Source: Pseudomonadota bacterium
GTDB taxonomy: Bacteria > Pseudomonadota > Gammaproteobacteria > JAKAQQ01
Direction of reading: 5' to 3'
DNA: 37,811 nt
Assembly: GCA_027320085.1 (NCBI GenBank)
Contig: DAHVLZ010000004.1
Span: 1-37,811 of the forward strand
The notes beneath the pieces were generated by a model. The model did no database searches. It was given only the letters and a program-made list of their open reading frames with translations, and was not told the origin of the DNA. This document shows positions 1 to 9,387 of this stretch, piece after piece. Every line of letters begins with the position of its first letter. Position 1 is the first letter of the stretch. The position numbers were made by a program, and so were the translations under genes.

Positions 1-367
1 TGGTCCTGGCCGGGCCGCTCTACCGGAGCGGGCAGGATCCTTACGGCAGTGGACTGGTCGTGGCCCGGGCGGATCTGGCGCTTGGCCATCCGGGGCGGGC
101 GGCGGTGGTCTATGCGGCGCTCGCCCGGCGGTATCCCGCCGATCGCGAGCTGGGGCGGGAGGCTTCCGCACTCGAGGTCCGGAAGACGCTGGATCTGGCG
201 CGGAAGGATCTTGGGGCGCATGAGCCGGCCCGTGCGCTGGTCCTGGCCGGGCCGCTCTACCGGAGCGGGCAGGATCCTTACGGCAGTGGACTGGTCGTGG
301 CCCGGGCGGATCTGGCGCTTGGCCATCCGGGGCGGGCGGCGGTGGTCTATGCGGCGCTCGCCCGGCG
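1..367 (+). repeat. 237-bp (79-codon) in-frame tandem repeat
   Basis: Positions 1-130 are identical to 238-367; the period is 237 nt. Confidence 0.95.
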
Positions 368-1199
368 ATATCCCCGGGATTCGAGCCTCGCCGTGGCCGC
401 GGTCGTGACCCACGTTCAGGCGGGACATCCCAAGCGGGCGCAAAGCGAACTCAAGGGGCTCAATCCGGCAACACGGGCGGCGGTCTTCAACTCATTGGGC
501 TCGACGCTCACGCGGCTTTATGGGCACTTCGTCACCGTCGACGGAGGGGTTGCGGAGTCGACCGGCACCTATCCCGCGGACAACCAGTTCGGGCTGCGGG
601 CGGGATTTCCGTCATCGGTCGGTAATTTCGTCGTGAGTGCCCAGCGCTACCACCGGTTCGGCGAGACGGCAGAGGACCTTGGGCTCGACTTTTACACCGC
701 TCTCGGGGCGGGCTATGCGGGGGAGCTTTCCCTGGCTTACAGTCCCAATAACCGCTTCCTCGCGGATGAGAGCTTCGGGGCCGCCCTGTCGAAAAGCCTG
801 GGTGTGATCTCGATTGATGGGAGCATCCGGCACCTCATTTTTTCCGGTGCCGTGGCGAATGTCCTGTTCGGTGGTGTCGGGTTCTACCCCGTTACCGGTC
901 TCCACATCGAGACCGGTCTCTATTACGTCCCCGAAACCCGGGCGTACAGCATCCTCGTGGCTCCCGAGTGGTTCCATGGGGGACTCAACCGGACCTATCT
1001 CTATCTCACGGCCGGTGAGGCTGGTGAAGAGCTTGTGGTGCAGAACTCGATCCTGCGTACCCCGAGCTACGGAGTAAGGCTCGGCGAGGTCTTCGAACTC
1101 AGCCATCGCTTTTCCCTGAATGTGGCCCTCTTCCTGGATCATCGCTCGGGACTGTATGACCGGCGCGGGATCTATCTTTCGCTCACCCGGAGGTGGTAG
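1..1199 (+). CDS. Helical-repeat (TPR-like) protein with C-terminal YaiO-like outer-membrane beta-barrel; 5' end lies outside the window
   Basis: Frame is open from the window edge to TAG at 1197-1199. The N-terminal part has 79-aa helical repeats (ARADLALGHPGRAAVVYAALARRYP). The C-terminal ~225 aa show alternating beta-strand patterning, a RYHRFGET motif typical of YaiO-family barrels, and a terminal aromatic residue (LSLTRRW). Confidence 0.75.
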   Translation, partial: VLAGPLYRSGQDPYGSGLVVARADLALGHPGRAAVVYAALARRYPADRELGREASALEVRKTLDLARKDLGAHEPARALVLAGPLYRSGQDPYGSGLVVARADLALGHPGRAAVVYAALARRYPRDSSLAVAAVVTHVQAGHPKRAQSELKGLNPATRAAVFNSLGSTLTRLYGHFVTVDGGVAESTGTYPADNQFGLRAGFPSSVGNFVVSAQRYHRFGETAEDLGLDFYTALGAGYAGELSLAYSPNNRFLADESFGAALSKSLGVISIDGSIRHLIFSGAVANVLFGGVGFYPVTGLHIETGLYYVPETRAYSILVAPEWFHGGLNRTYLYLTAGEAGEELVVQNSILRTPSYGVRLGEVFELSHRFSLNVALFLDHRSGLYDRRGIYLSLTRRW

Positions 1200-2297
1200 G
1201 TGCAGACCCTGGATGCTGCTGTGTTCCCCTACCTCGTGATTCCGCTCTTATGGACCGTGATCGCCTTATTCGGTGCATCGATCGTGGCCCTCTTCATCAG
1301 TCTGGGCCTCCACAAACGCGAGATCCTGAGCCGGATCCGCGCCCGTCAGGAGCGGATCGCCCGCTTCGAACGAGTCCTGACCCGTTCCGAGGCCGACCCC
1401 ACCGTCCGGCTCCCCGTCGTGAACGGGCTCGATGCGGCCACCGCCCTGGGGTCGGCGTTGACCCGGAAGTTCGGGCCCGATGCCATTGCGTCTCCCCGGA
1501 TCCTTGATCTGATCCGCGCGAGCGGTGCGGGCGAGGCCGCGCTCCAGGAACTCGGGGCACGGGACTGGGCCCGGCGCTACCAGGCGGTGACCGCGATCGG
1601 CGATCTCCGTCTGCCTGAACTTTTCGATCCGCTCATCGAATTTGCGCGTACCGAGGAGAACATGCGGATCTTCGGGATCTGTCTGTTTTCAGCGGCCCAT
1701 CTTCTCTCCAAACCCTTCCAGTTTCAGACCCTCTTCACGCTGGCCGCCTCGCAGCCGAGCCTCTCCGCTGGCTACGACGAGGGGACCTTTAGAATCGCGA
1801 TCCGGACACTCATGGAACGGGGCGTGGCCCCGGAGCGCCTCTCTCTGGTCTTCCAGACCTGCCTTGAGGCCGGACGTGCCGGCGAGCAGCATGCCCTGGC
1901 CCTGATCCAGGCCATCGGCAAGGAACGCCTCGTGAGCTTCAGCTCTCTCCTGGTCCAGGTAGCCCGCGAGCGTCAGAGTGGCCGGCTCACGGTAGCTACC
2001 CTGAGAAGTCTCCAAAGCATGGGTCGGTGCGATCCGATCATCGAGGAACAGATCGGGTCGACCGATCTCATGCTCAACATCGCCGCCATCCGCAGTGCCG
2101 AGAGCTGTGGATCCGGGATCGTCCCGCGGGTGAGCGATCAGCTGGCCTCGCCGGATTTCAACGTGCGCTATGCGGCTGCGCAGACCCTCATGAACCTGGG
2201 GGAGGCTGGTCATCAAGAACTTCTCGCGCGCGAAAAGGACGCGCGTGAGGAGGTTCGCCACATGGCGGCCTTTGCCCTGCTCGCGGAATACCGATGA
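1200..2297 (+). CDS. HEAT-repeat protein with N-terminal transmembrane helix
   Basis: Hydrophobic N-terminus and HEAT/PBS-like units (DWARRYQAVTAIGDL, DFNVRYAAAQTLMNLG, EEVRHMAAFAL). GTG start immediately follows the upstream stop. Confidence 0.8.
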   Translation: MQTLDAAVFPYLVIPLLWTVIALFGASIVALFISLGLHKREILSRIRARQERIARFERVLTRSEADPTVRLPVVNGLDAATALGSALTRKFGPDAIASPRILDLIRASGAGEAALQELGARDWARRYQAVTAIGDLRLPELFDPLIEFARTEENMRIFGICLFSAAHLLSKPFQFQTLFTLAASQPSLSAGYDEGTFRIAIRTLMERGVAPERLSLVFQTCLEAGRAGEQHALALIQAIGKERLVSFSSLLVQVARERQSGRLTVATLRSLQSMGRCDPIIEEQIGSTDLMLNIAAIRSAESCGSGIVPRVSDQLASPDFNVRYAAAQTLMNLGEAGHQELLAREKDAREEVRHMAAFALLAEYR

Positions 2298-3730
2298 TTC
2301 TCTCCCTCCTCACCATCGCGAATACCCTGCTGGCTTTCCAGGTCCTGATCCTGATCGCGTTTCTGGTCATCAACGGAAGTTATACCTACATCACGTTTTT
2401 TGCTTTCCGCCATCTCCGTGAATCGAGTGACACTGCCCCCGACCTCGACCGGCTGCTCGCACTCACCCGTTCGGCCAACCTCCGGCCCATCACGATTGTG
2501 ATCCCGGCCTACAACGAGCAACTGACCCTGGTGGATACGGTCATGGCGGCGACCCAGATCAACTATCCACACTATGAGATCGTGGTCGTGAACGACGGGT
2601 CGACGGACGGGACCCTGGAGCGCCTCACGGAGTCCTTCCGGCTCGTGCCGATCGATCGGCCGGAGCGGCGGGAGATCGAAACGGCGCCGATCCGCGGGGT
2701 CTACGTCTCTGAACGCTGCCCCCAACTCTGGGTGGTTGACAAGGAAAACGGCGGCAAGGCCGATGCCCTGAACGCCGGCCTCAACTACAGCCGCTACCCG
2801 CTCTTCTGCGCCATCGACGCGGACTCGATCCTGGATCCGGACGCGCTCTTGCGCATGGGCCACCAGTTCCTCATCAACCGGCAGCTCGTGGCTGCCGGCG
2901 GGTCGGTCCGGGTACTGAACGGCTGTGAAGTCGAGGGTTCCCGCGTCCGGAAGATCCGCTCGCCCAAGAGCATCCTCGCCAACATCCAGATCGCCGAATA
3001 CCTCCGCGGCTTCATGGCCGGACGCGTCACCCTCGGTGAGTACGGCAGCCTCCTCATCATTTCCGGGGCCTTTGGCATTTTTCGCAAGGACCTCCTTTTT
3101 GCGGTCGGGGGCTACCGGAAGACCGTGGGCGAGGATATGGACATCGTCCTTCGCCTGCACCGCCATTGTGTGGAAAACGACATCAAATACAAGGTCTATT
3201 TCATTCCCGAGCCCGTGTGCTGGACCCAGGTCCCGGGCAACTTTCCCTCCCTCCTGCGTCAGCGCAACCGCTGGCAACGGGCGCTCGTGGACAGTATCTG
3301 GCACAACCGCACGATGCTTTTCAATCCCCGCTACGGACGGGCCGGGACCCTCGGCATGCCGTTCTTCCTCTTCATTGAGCTGTTCGGGCCCCTGATCGAG
3401 TTTGTGGGCTATGTCGGTTTTGCTTTGTTCTTCGTCTTTCACATGTTGAATCCGATTTTTGCGCTGCTTTTTTTCATCATCTCGATCCTCTGGGGCATGT
3501 GGCTCAATGCGGCTGCGGTCCTCCTCGACAACTTCGTCATCCACAAATACGAGAGCCTCCTCGATTCCTACCGGATCGCACTTCTATCCTCTCTTGAGTA
3601 CCTGGGCTACCGGCAGGTTCTCGCGGTCGAACGACTGGTGGCCACCTTCCAGGTGACCCAGACGCACTGGGGACATCCGGACCGGAAGGTCATTCAGGGG
3701 CACTCTGCGCCCCCGGGTCATGAGCCATGA
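2294..3730 (+). CDS. Processive GT2 glycosyltransferase (PgaC/IcaA/NfrB-like polysaccharide synthase)
   Basis: PAYNE, DGSTD, KENGGKADAL, IDADS (DxD), TVGED and QRNRW (QxxRW) motifs; N- and C-terminal TM helices; ATGA overlap with the HEAT gene. Confidence 0.92.
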   Translation: MILSLLTIANTLLAFQVLILIAFLVINGSYTYITFFAFRHLRESSDTAPDLDRLLALTRSANLRPITIVIPAYNEQLTLVDTVMAATQINYPHYEIVVVNDGSTDGTLERLTESFRLVPIDRPERREIETAPIRGVYVSERCPQLWVVDKENGGKADALNAGLNYSRYPLFCAIDADSILDPDALLRMGHQFLINRQLVAAGGSVRVLNGCEVEGSRVRKIRSPKSILANIQIAEYLRGFMAGRVTLGEYGSLLIISGAFGIFRKDLLFAVGGYRKTVGEDMDIVLRLHRHCVENDIKYKVYFIPEPVCWTQVPGNFPSLLRQRNRWQRALVDSIWHNRTMLFNPRYGRAGTLGMPFFLFIELFGPLIEFVGYVGFALFFVFHMLNPIFALLFFIISILWGMWLNAAAVLLDNFVIHKYESLLDSYRIALLSSLEYLGYRQVLAVERLVATFQVTQTHWGHPDRKVIQGHSAPPGHEP

Positions 3731-4317
3731 TGGGGTTGCGTCGTCTCCGTGGCCTGGTCGGCCGGGTGTTTGGGATTGCCCTGCGCCTTTGTCTTTTGGC
3801 CGTGATCCTTGCGACGCCCGCCTACCTCTTCCTCGCCAACTTCGCGATCTTCGAACCCTATCTCTTCCCCCTGCATTACCTCCAGGGCAACGTGCACCAC
3901 GTGACACCGAACCTCATCGTGGGACCCTATCCCGACGAGGGATTGTTCGAGAACCTGCATCAACGGGGGGTCCGGGTCGTGATCTCGCTTTTGGATCCCC
4001 ACTTGATCTATGAGAAATCATTGATCGAACGCGAGGACCACCTGGCCCGGGAACTCGGCATGGCCGACTACGACTACCCGATGAACAGCTCGGAGCCACC
4101 CTCGAGCCCGCTCAATGCCCGGGCACTTCGCGAGATCCGCCACTTCATCGAACGTCATCCGGAAACCCGCATCTACATCCACTGCTACCTCGGCAAACAC
4201 CGCGTGGGGGATGTCGCGGCCATGCTGATCCGGTGGCTTGGGCGGGAGCACCAGCTCCACCCCGTATCCGCGAAACCGGGCGGGCCCGGAGGGGCCGGGC
4301 CGCCCGCCCGCCCGTAG
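3727..4317 (+). CDS. Membrane-anchored dual-specificity/tyrosine-phosphatase-fold (CX5R) protein
   Basis: IYIHCYLGKHR matches HCxxGxxR; VTPNLIVGPYP and GVRVVISL are typical of the DSP fold; N-terminal TM helix; ATGA overlap with the GT2 gene. Confidence 0.8.
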   Translation: MMGLRRLRGLVGRVFGIALRLCLLAVILATPAYLFLANFAIFEPYLFPLHYLQGNVHHVTPNLIVGPYPDEGLFENLHQRGVRVVISLLDPHLIYEKSLIEREDHLARELGMADYDYPMNSSEPPSSPLNARALREIRHFIERHPETRIYIHCYLGKHRVGDVAAMLIRWLGREHQLHPVSAKPGGPGGAGPPARP

Positions 4318-4358
4318 GTTCCTGCCGCCCCGCAGCCGCTCACTTCTGGAGGTGCCAC

Positions 4359-4769
4359 ATGCTCAATCATCTGTTTGCCCTGGGAAACCTGGGACCGGGT
4401 GTGGTGATCGGTCTCATCTTTCTGACCCTCGTCCTGGGGGCCCTCTTTCTCATGGCGTCTTTCCGGATCTTTCTCAAGTTCACGCCTTCCTTCAGCAAGG
4501 CACTCACCACCATGCTGGTGAGCTTTGCGGCGGTCGTCCTGCTGGACCTGCTCATCGGCTGGCTGCTCCGCAACGTGCCGTTCGTGGGAACCCCGTTGCT
4601 CTCGCTGATGAATCTGGCCGTCATGTGCTGGGTCGTCCAGCAGATCCAGCGACGGCCGGATGGGAGGAAACTCTCCTACGCCAAGGCCGCCGGGGTGACC
4701 GTGGGGTCCTTCGCCCTGGAGCTGGTCGTGATCGGGGTGCTCTGGCTTATGATTCGGGCCCTCAAATAG
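4359..4769 (+). CDS. Small integral membrane protein (about 4 TM helices), function unknown
   Basis: ATG at 4359 preceded by GGAGG (4348-4352); four hydrophobic segments. Confidence 0.7.
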   Translation: MLNHLFALGNLGPGVVIGLIFLTLVLGALFLMASFRIFLKFTPSFSKALTTMLVSFAAVVLLDLLIGWLLRNVPFVGTPLLSLMNLAVMCWVVQQIQRRPDGRKLSYAKAAGVTVGSFALELVVIGVLWLMIRALK

Positions 4770-4917
4770 CCGGGTTGAGTTTCGGCCGCGGCCGTTTCGG
4801 GCCGGAGCCGGGTGGATGGGTGGTGAGCCTGCCGCCGCCCGGCCTGCGACGGGAGCCGGCGTGAAGTGTTCCATGATGACACCCGTGTTTTCTTCTGTGC
4901 GTCCGGACGGGGGGTGC

Positions 4918-5010
4918 CTCAAGGAATGCGAGAGCGCTGTGTTGCTGGTTGCCCGGGACCCGAACGTCCCTTTCACGAACAACCCTGTCCGGCCAGCCCT
5001 GCGCCGCGGG
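4918..5010 (+). pseudogene. IS66-family transposase fragment
   Basis: Translates as LKECESAVLLVARDPNVPFTNN, matching the IS66 TnpC core motif (VLLF.RDP.VPFTNN.AER) and then degenerating. Confidence 0.6.
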
Positions 5011-5096
5011 AGGCGAGTCGTTGCATTACAATAGGGATCAAGTCGTTGCTGCGGCGATCAAGGAGACAAAGGTTTTAATAAAAGTGGTGTCCAGCC

Positions 5097-6071
5097 ATGC
5101 CACGTTATAGACGAATCATCGTGGTCTGTCCGAATGGGGTAACCGGTGGTCCGGAGTTGTTGCACCAGTTCGTCCACGAATTACGTCTAATCGGGCAGAA
5201 CGCATATATCGCCTACTTTCCATTTGGCAAGCCACATGAATGCCCGGAAGTTTATAGGGAGTATGCGATCCCGCAAGTCCCGTTTGAAGACCGGGAAGGC
5301 GATCTCGTCATTGTTCCGGAGGTCCTGACCCGTCTATTGAGGAAAATAAGGAACGCAGAGGCCGCTGTGTGGTGGTTGTCCGTGGATTATTATTACCAGC
5401 GCAGTCGCGAGTCGTTTCTGCGGGATCTGTTTATGCGATACAAAACCTTGTTATATGGCCGGCTGCCATTGCACAAACTGGAATCATACAGGCACTACGC
5501 GCAAAGCTATTATGCCAAACAATATCTCGAGTCAAACGGTCTCCATGCTCTGATGTTGTCCGACTGTCTTAACACCGAGCATGACGATACGGCGAACCGC
5601 GACACAAGAAAGAACATAATTGCATACAATCCCAAAAAGGGCTGGCGAAAATCCAGGAAGCTGATATCAAGAAATCGTGACCTGTCATTCGTTGCCATAG
5701 AGAAAATGAGCAGGTCCCAGGTCAGGGAACTGCTTCAATCCGCCATGATATACATGGATTTTGGAAACCATCCCGGGAAAGACCGGTTGCCCCGCGAAGC
5801 GGCTATCGCAGGTTGTTGTGTCATTACGGGAAGGCAGGGTTCTGCGGAAAACCAGGTGGATATATCCATTCCGGATGAATACAAGCTTGACGATAGCACC
5901 AGTAGCTATTTGCACAGGTTTAGACCGGTCGTCGACTCCATATTTTCCGACTTTGACAAGCATTCAAGTGAATTCGATCTGTACCGGTCCGTGATCATGC
6001 GGGAGCGGGAGACTTTCAAAAGCCAGGTTATGGAATTGTTCGGGTCCTTGACGGATTGCAGGGAGGGCTAA
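5097..6071 (+). CDS. Probable GT-B-fold glycosyltransferase-like protein of surface-polysaccharide loci
   Basis: GGPELLHQ, IVPEV, WWLSVD, YNPKKG and DFGNHPGKDRLPREAA motifs; the DNA is visibly AT-richer than its flanks. Confidence 0.65.
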   Translation: MPRYRRIIVVCPNGVTGGPELLHQFVHELRLIGQNAYIAYFPFGKPHECPEVYREYAIPQVPFEDREGDLVIVPEVLTRLLRKIRNAEAAVWWLSVDYYYQRSRESFLRDLFMRYKTLLYGRLPLHKLESYRHYAQSYYAKQYLESNGLHALMLSDCLNTEHDDTANRDTRKNIIAYNPKKGWRKSRKLISRNRDLSFVAIEKMSRSQVRELLQSAMIYMDFGNHPGKDRLPREAAIAGCCVITGRQGSAENQVDISIPDEYKLDDSTSSYLHRFRPVVDSIFSDFDKHSSEFDLYRSVIMRERETFKSQVMELFGSLTDCREG

Positions 6072-6081
6072 GGGCGGACCT

Positions 6082-6108
6082 TGGGGTGGCCCGGGTGTTC
6101 TGGACAGT
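6082..6108 (+). mobile_element. Possible orphan IS3-family terminal inverted repeat
   Basis: TGGGGTGGCCCGGGTGTTCTGGACAGT resembles IS3-type ends (TG...CCCGG...TGGACA). No partner end was found. Confidence 0.3.
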
Positions 6109-6524
6109 CTCGGAACGCCTCCGAGCCCCGCCTGCGGTGCGAACGGCCGGCACCACCAGGCCATCCAGAAGAGGAGACCAGCCCCGAAGTGACCGAGGAT
6201 CCCATGATCCGGAGATCACCCACGAGGAGGTGGCCGCGCCCATCCCCGCGGCGCGGGGGGGGCCGGCTGTGATCCCCTTCCCCTAACGCCAGTTTGCGCG
6301 CTGAATGCGACGAATCGTGTCGCATCCTGAAGGGTGCGCGGACGGGGTTGTTGGGAACTCGTGGCCGGGCAAGCCGGGCACCGGTTCAAGGTGGGGGGTG
6401 CCTGTGGCCGGGGGATGGGCTTGCCGAGGCATGGCAAGCGAGGGCCGGTGCCCGGGCCCGGAATGCCCGCGAGGGGGGTGGCACTGACCCCTATATAATG
6501 AGGAGCCTCCCGCCCTCCACTCCC

Positions 6525-7331
6525 ATGGCGCATCCCAACCCCCAGAAAGAACAGATGGAAGATGAATCCATGGCGCGCAACCTCGCCGCCCAGGCGGAGG
6601 CAATCTGGCCAGGCGAGTCGCGACTGGTCGCAGACTACGGCCTGCCGCGGGGTGCCCGGGTCCTGGATGCCGGCTGCGGGACCGGAGAGTTCAGTTTCCG
6701 CCTGCTCGCGGAGCGGCCCGATCTTTCGGTCACCGGGGTCGATATCCTGCCTGCCCGGATTGCTGCCCTCGGTGCGCGGCAGGTGCCGGGAGCCACCTTT
6801 GAGGTCGGGGATCTCTTCCGGCTGGATTTCCCGGCGGCCAGCTTCGATTTCGTCGCCTGCCGCCATGTGCTCCAGTCAGTACCCCACCCGGCTCGTGCCG
6901 TGGCCGAACTCGCGCGCGTCCTCAAGCCTGGCGGGCGGATCCACCTTTTGGCCGAAGACTACGGCATGCTTCATTTCCATCCGTCCCGCCACGATCTCGA
7001 CGGGTTCTTCCAGGCCAACATGCGGGCCTTCCGGGAAAAGACCGGGGTCGACTATGAGACGGGACGACATGCGGCAGGCTGGCTCCATGACCTCGGGTTT
7101 TCCGGGATCGCCGTGAACTATGTGATCGTGGACAGTTTCCGGACCCCCCGCGAGATCCTCCGGCGCCTGTTCGAAGCCTGGCGGGACGGTTATGCCCATC
7201 TGGTTTCGGAGTTGAGCGGCCGCCCCCTGGACGAGACGGTCGAGTGTTTCGAGGACATGATCGCCGCCTGTGCCCATCCGCCCGGCTATGCGGTGTGGTT
7301 TGTGCCGGTGGTGAGTGGAATTTCACGCTGA
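6525..7331 (+). CDS. Class I SAM-dependent methyltransferase
   Basis: VLDAGCGTG motif I, GVDI, FDFVACRHVL and LARVLKPGG. Start placed at ATG 6525, downstream of TATAAT at 6494-6499. Confidence 0.9.
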   Translation: MAHPNPQKEQMEDESMARNLAAQAEAIWPGESRLVADYGLPRGARVLDAGCGTGEFSFRLLAERPDLSVTGVDILPARIAALGARQVPGATFEVGDLFRLDFPAASFDFVACRHVLQSVPHPARAVAELARVLKPGGRIHLLAEDYGMLHFHPSRHDLDGFFQANMRAFREKTGVDYETGRHAAGWLHDLGFSGIAVNYVIVDSFRTPREILRRLFEAWRDGYAHLVSELSGRPLDETVECFEDMIAACAHPPGYAVWFVPVVSGISR

Positions 7332-7404
7332 GATGGGGAGGGATTGAGGGGGTTCCCGGAGGGATGCATTGCCCTCTTCATGTGATTCGCATATGACGCA
7401 TAAT

Positions 7405-7433
7405 TTGACATGTATCAAGAGTTTGTGGATAAT
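7405..7433 (+). promoter_or_regulatory. Sigma70-type promoter for the beta-propeller surface-protein gene
   Basis: TTGACA (7405-7410), 17-nt spacer, GATAAT (7428-7433), within an AT-rich intergenic region. Confidence 0.65.
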
Positions 7434-7569
7434 GTCCACCTATATTAATATGCAATGTTAAAACGTCCCACAGATCACAGTTCTGTTCATATCGTTCGGA
7501 AAACCCACCAATTTAACCAAGATGGCCCGTACGTGAACTAGTTTTCAAGGTGCGGGGGAGGAATCTCAA

Positions 7570-9339
7570 GTGAAGAATCTGGCACGTCTTTTATCCATCC
7601 TGTTTTTGGCTGTGCCGGCTCTGGGCTTGGCCATGCCGGCCCAAGCGACGGTCACCCCCGAGCAGGCGTTTTTCCTGAGTAACGGCCAACCGGGATATGT
7701 GACGCCCTACAACCTCACGACGGGCGTCTTCGGAAGCCAGATCCCGGTCGGCTCTGATCCCGAACAGGTAATCCTGAGTCCCGACGAGTCGACCGCCTAC
7801 GTTCTGAACTACGACAGCAGCACGATTTCCGTCATTGACACGGCGACGGATACCGTGAGCAAGACCTTCGATCTTAAGGGGGAGGGGCTTTATTATCCCT
7901 ACCCCTATGCGGGAGTCATCAGCCCGGATGGCAAGACGCTCTACATCACGGATGGAGACTATGACGCCTATGCGATCAACGCGCAGACGGGGGCGCTCGA
8001 GGCAACCTATGGCCTCGGTGGGTCAGTCTACCCTTATAACCTGGCGATTGGCTCCACCGGAGGGCATGTCTATGTCACGGAATACGAGGGTGGAGACGGC
8101 GCCGGCGGGCTCGGGATCATCAACACCCAGACGGGAACCGTGACCACACTGGCCCTGGCGAATCTGGCCCTGCCGGCCGGCTCGCCGTCGAATGTGTCGT
8201 TCGAATATCCCTACCCGGGTATCGTGGTGAGCGGGGATACGGTCTGGCTTTCGGGTTATCCCTACGATTCGTCGACACGAACCTATGGGACCGGGGTCGT
8301 GGCGATCGATGTGGCAACCGGCCAGGTGACCCAGTTCGACGAGTTCGAGGCGGATTATAGCGCCTTTGGCCCCGGTAATCTCTATCTCGATCCGCTGGGA
8401 AGCTGGCTCTACATGCCGACGGACAATTCAAGTTACGGCGCGGTCGCGCTCAATACCCAGACGGGGGCCTTCCAGCTCCTGTCGACCGTCCCTTATGCCT
8501 ATGAGGCCGCATTCGCACAGGGGGGGGGTGAACTTTACCTTGCTTCATATGCGGGTTCGGGCGCAGGCGATGTGATCGATACAAATCCGCAATCGGCCCA
8601 GTTCAACCAGGTGGTCTCGACCCTCTCGGGTGTTCCGGCGGAGGTGGATTCGATCGTTGCGGATTTGGGACCCTTTTACAGCAAAGATACGGGGATCCTC
8701 ATCAATGCGCCGGCAGGGCCCTACACGGGGTCGGTGGCCGGCTATGTCCAGAACTCAACCGGGTGCACGCCGGTCTACAAGGTGACGACCGAGCCGGCGA
8801 GTGGGGATTTCGCGCTGAGTCCGGCCACGGGGGGCTATACCCTGACGCCGCCGGTGGGTGACTTGTCGGCGAGCGAGAGTTTTTACTGGGAGGCGACCTT
8901 GCCGGCGACCTGTACGGCTGACCCGAACGGGGTGGCCGCTGGAGGGGTGACCTTGCAGTGGACCCCGGCCTTTGGGGCGATCGGACCCTTTACGCTCACG
9001 TCCGGTCAGTCGAGCGGGACGGTTTCCTTCGAGGTCTTTTCGGCGCAACCCGTGACCCTGACCGCGACGTCGAGCAATCCGGCGGTGGTGCCGCCCGGTC
9101 TCATCGACCTGTCCTCGGGTTGTCAGGGGACCTGTACCTTGAACCTGACGACGGGGGTGGCGGGAACGAGCACGGTGACGCTCACGGCCACGGAGGCTTC
9201 GGGTGCCACGGGGAGTACGACCTTTTCGGTGGCGGTCTCCCCGGCACCGACCACGGGTGGAGGCGGGGGCTTCGGGCCCTGGGTCCTCCTCGGGCTTTTG
9301 GCCTTCGTGTTTCTGAAGCGGCGGACGGTCACGGCCTGA
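7570..9339 (+). CDS. Secreted YVTN/YncE-type beta-propeller protein with beta-sandwich stalk and GlyGly-CTERM-like anchor
   Basis: Signal peptide (..AMPAQA); YVTN-like blades (SPDESTAYVLN..ISVIDTAT, SPDGKTLYIT); C-terminus GGGGGFGPWVLLGLLAFVFLKRR (Gly run, TM helix, basic tail). Confidence 0.85.
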   Translation: MKNLARLLSILFLAVPALGLAMPAQATVTPEQAFFLSNGQPGYVTPYNLTTGVFGSQIPVGSDPEQVILSPDESTAYVLNYDSSTISVIDTATDTVSKTFDLKGEGLYYPYPYAGVISPDGKTLYITDGDYDAYAINAQTGALEATYGLGGSVYPYNLAIGSTGGHVYVTEYEGGDGAGGLGIINTQTGTVTTLALANLALPAGSPSNVSFEYPYPGIVVSGDTVWLSGYPYDSSTRTYGTGVVAIDVATGQVTQFDEFEADYSAFGPGNLYLDPLGSWLYMPTDNSSYGAVALNTQTGAFQLLSTVPYAYEAAFAQGGGELYLASYAGSGAGDVIDTNPQSAQFNQVVSTLSGVPAEVDSIVADLGPFYSKDTGILINAPAGPYTGSVAGYVQNSTGCTPVYKVTTEPASGDFALSPATGGYTLTPPVGDLSASESFYWEATLPATCTADPNGVAAGGVTLQWTPAFGAIGPFTLTSGQSSGTVSFEVFSAQPVTLTATSSNPAVVPPGLIDLSSGCQGTCTLNLTTGVAGTSTVTLTATEASGATGSTTFSVAVSPAPTTGGGGGFGPWVLLGLLAFVFLKRRTVTA

Positions 9340-9350
9340 ACGGATGGTGG

Positions 9351-9387
9351 AGAAGGCCCGGGGCGTCCGCCCCGGGCCTTCTTGTTT
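9351..9387 (+). terminator. Rho-independent terminator
   Basis: Perfect 14-bp stem AGAAGGCCCGGGGC-GTCC-GCCCCGGGCCTTCT followed by TGTTT, 11 nt after the stop codon. Confidence 0.8.

Noticed and set aside
6295-6390. CGCTGAAT plus hairpin resembling the start of a c-di-AMP (ydaO) riboswitch
   Set aside because: The downstream conserved elements (GGGGACCC, GTCAGCTAAC) are absent.
7381-7462. Possible CRP box or dif-like site in the AT-rich intergenic region
   Set aside because: Only one half-site matches in each case; the region is adequately explained as a promoter.
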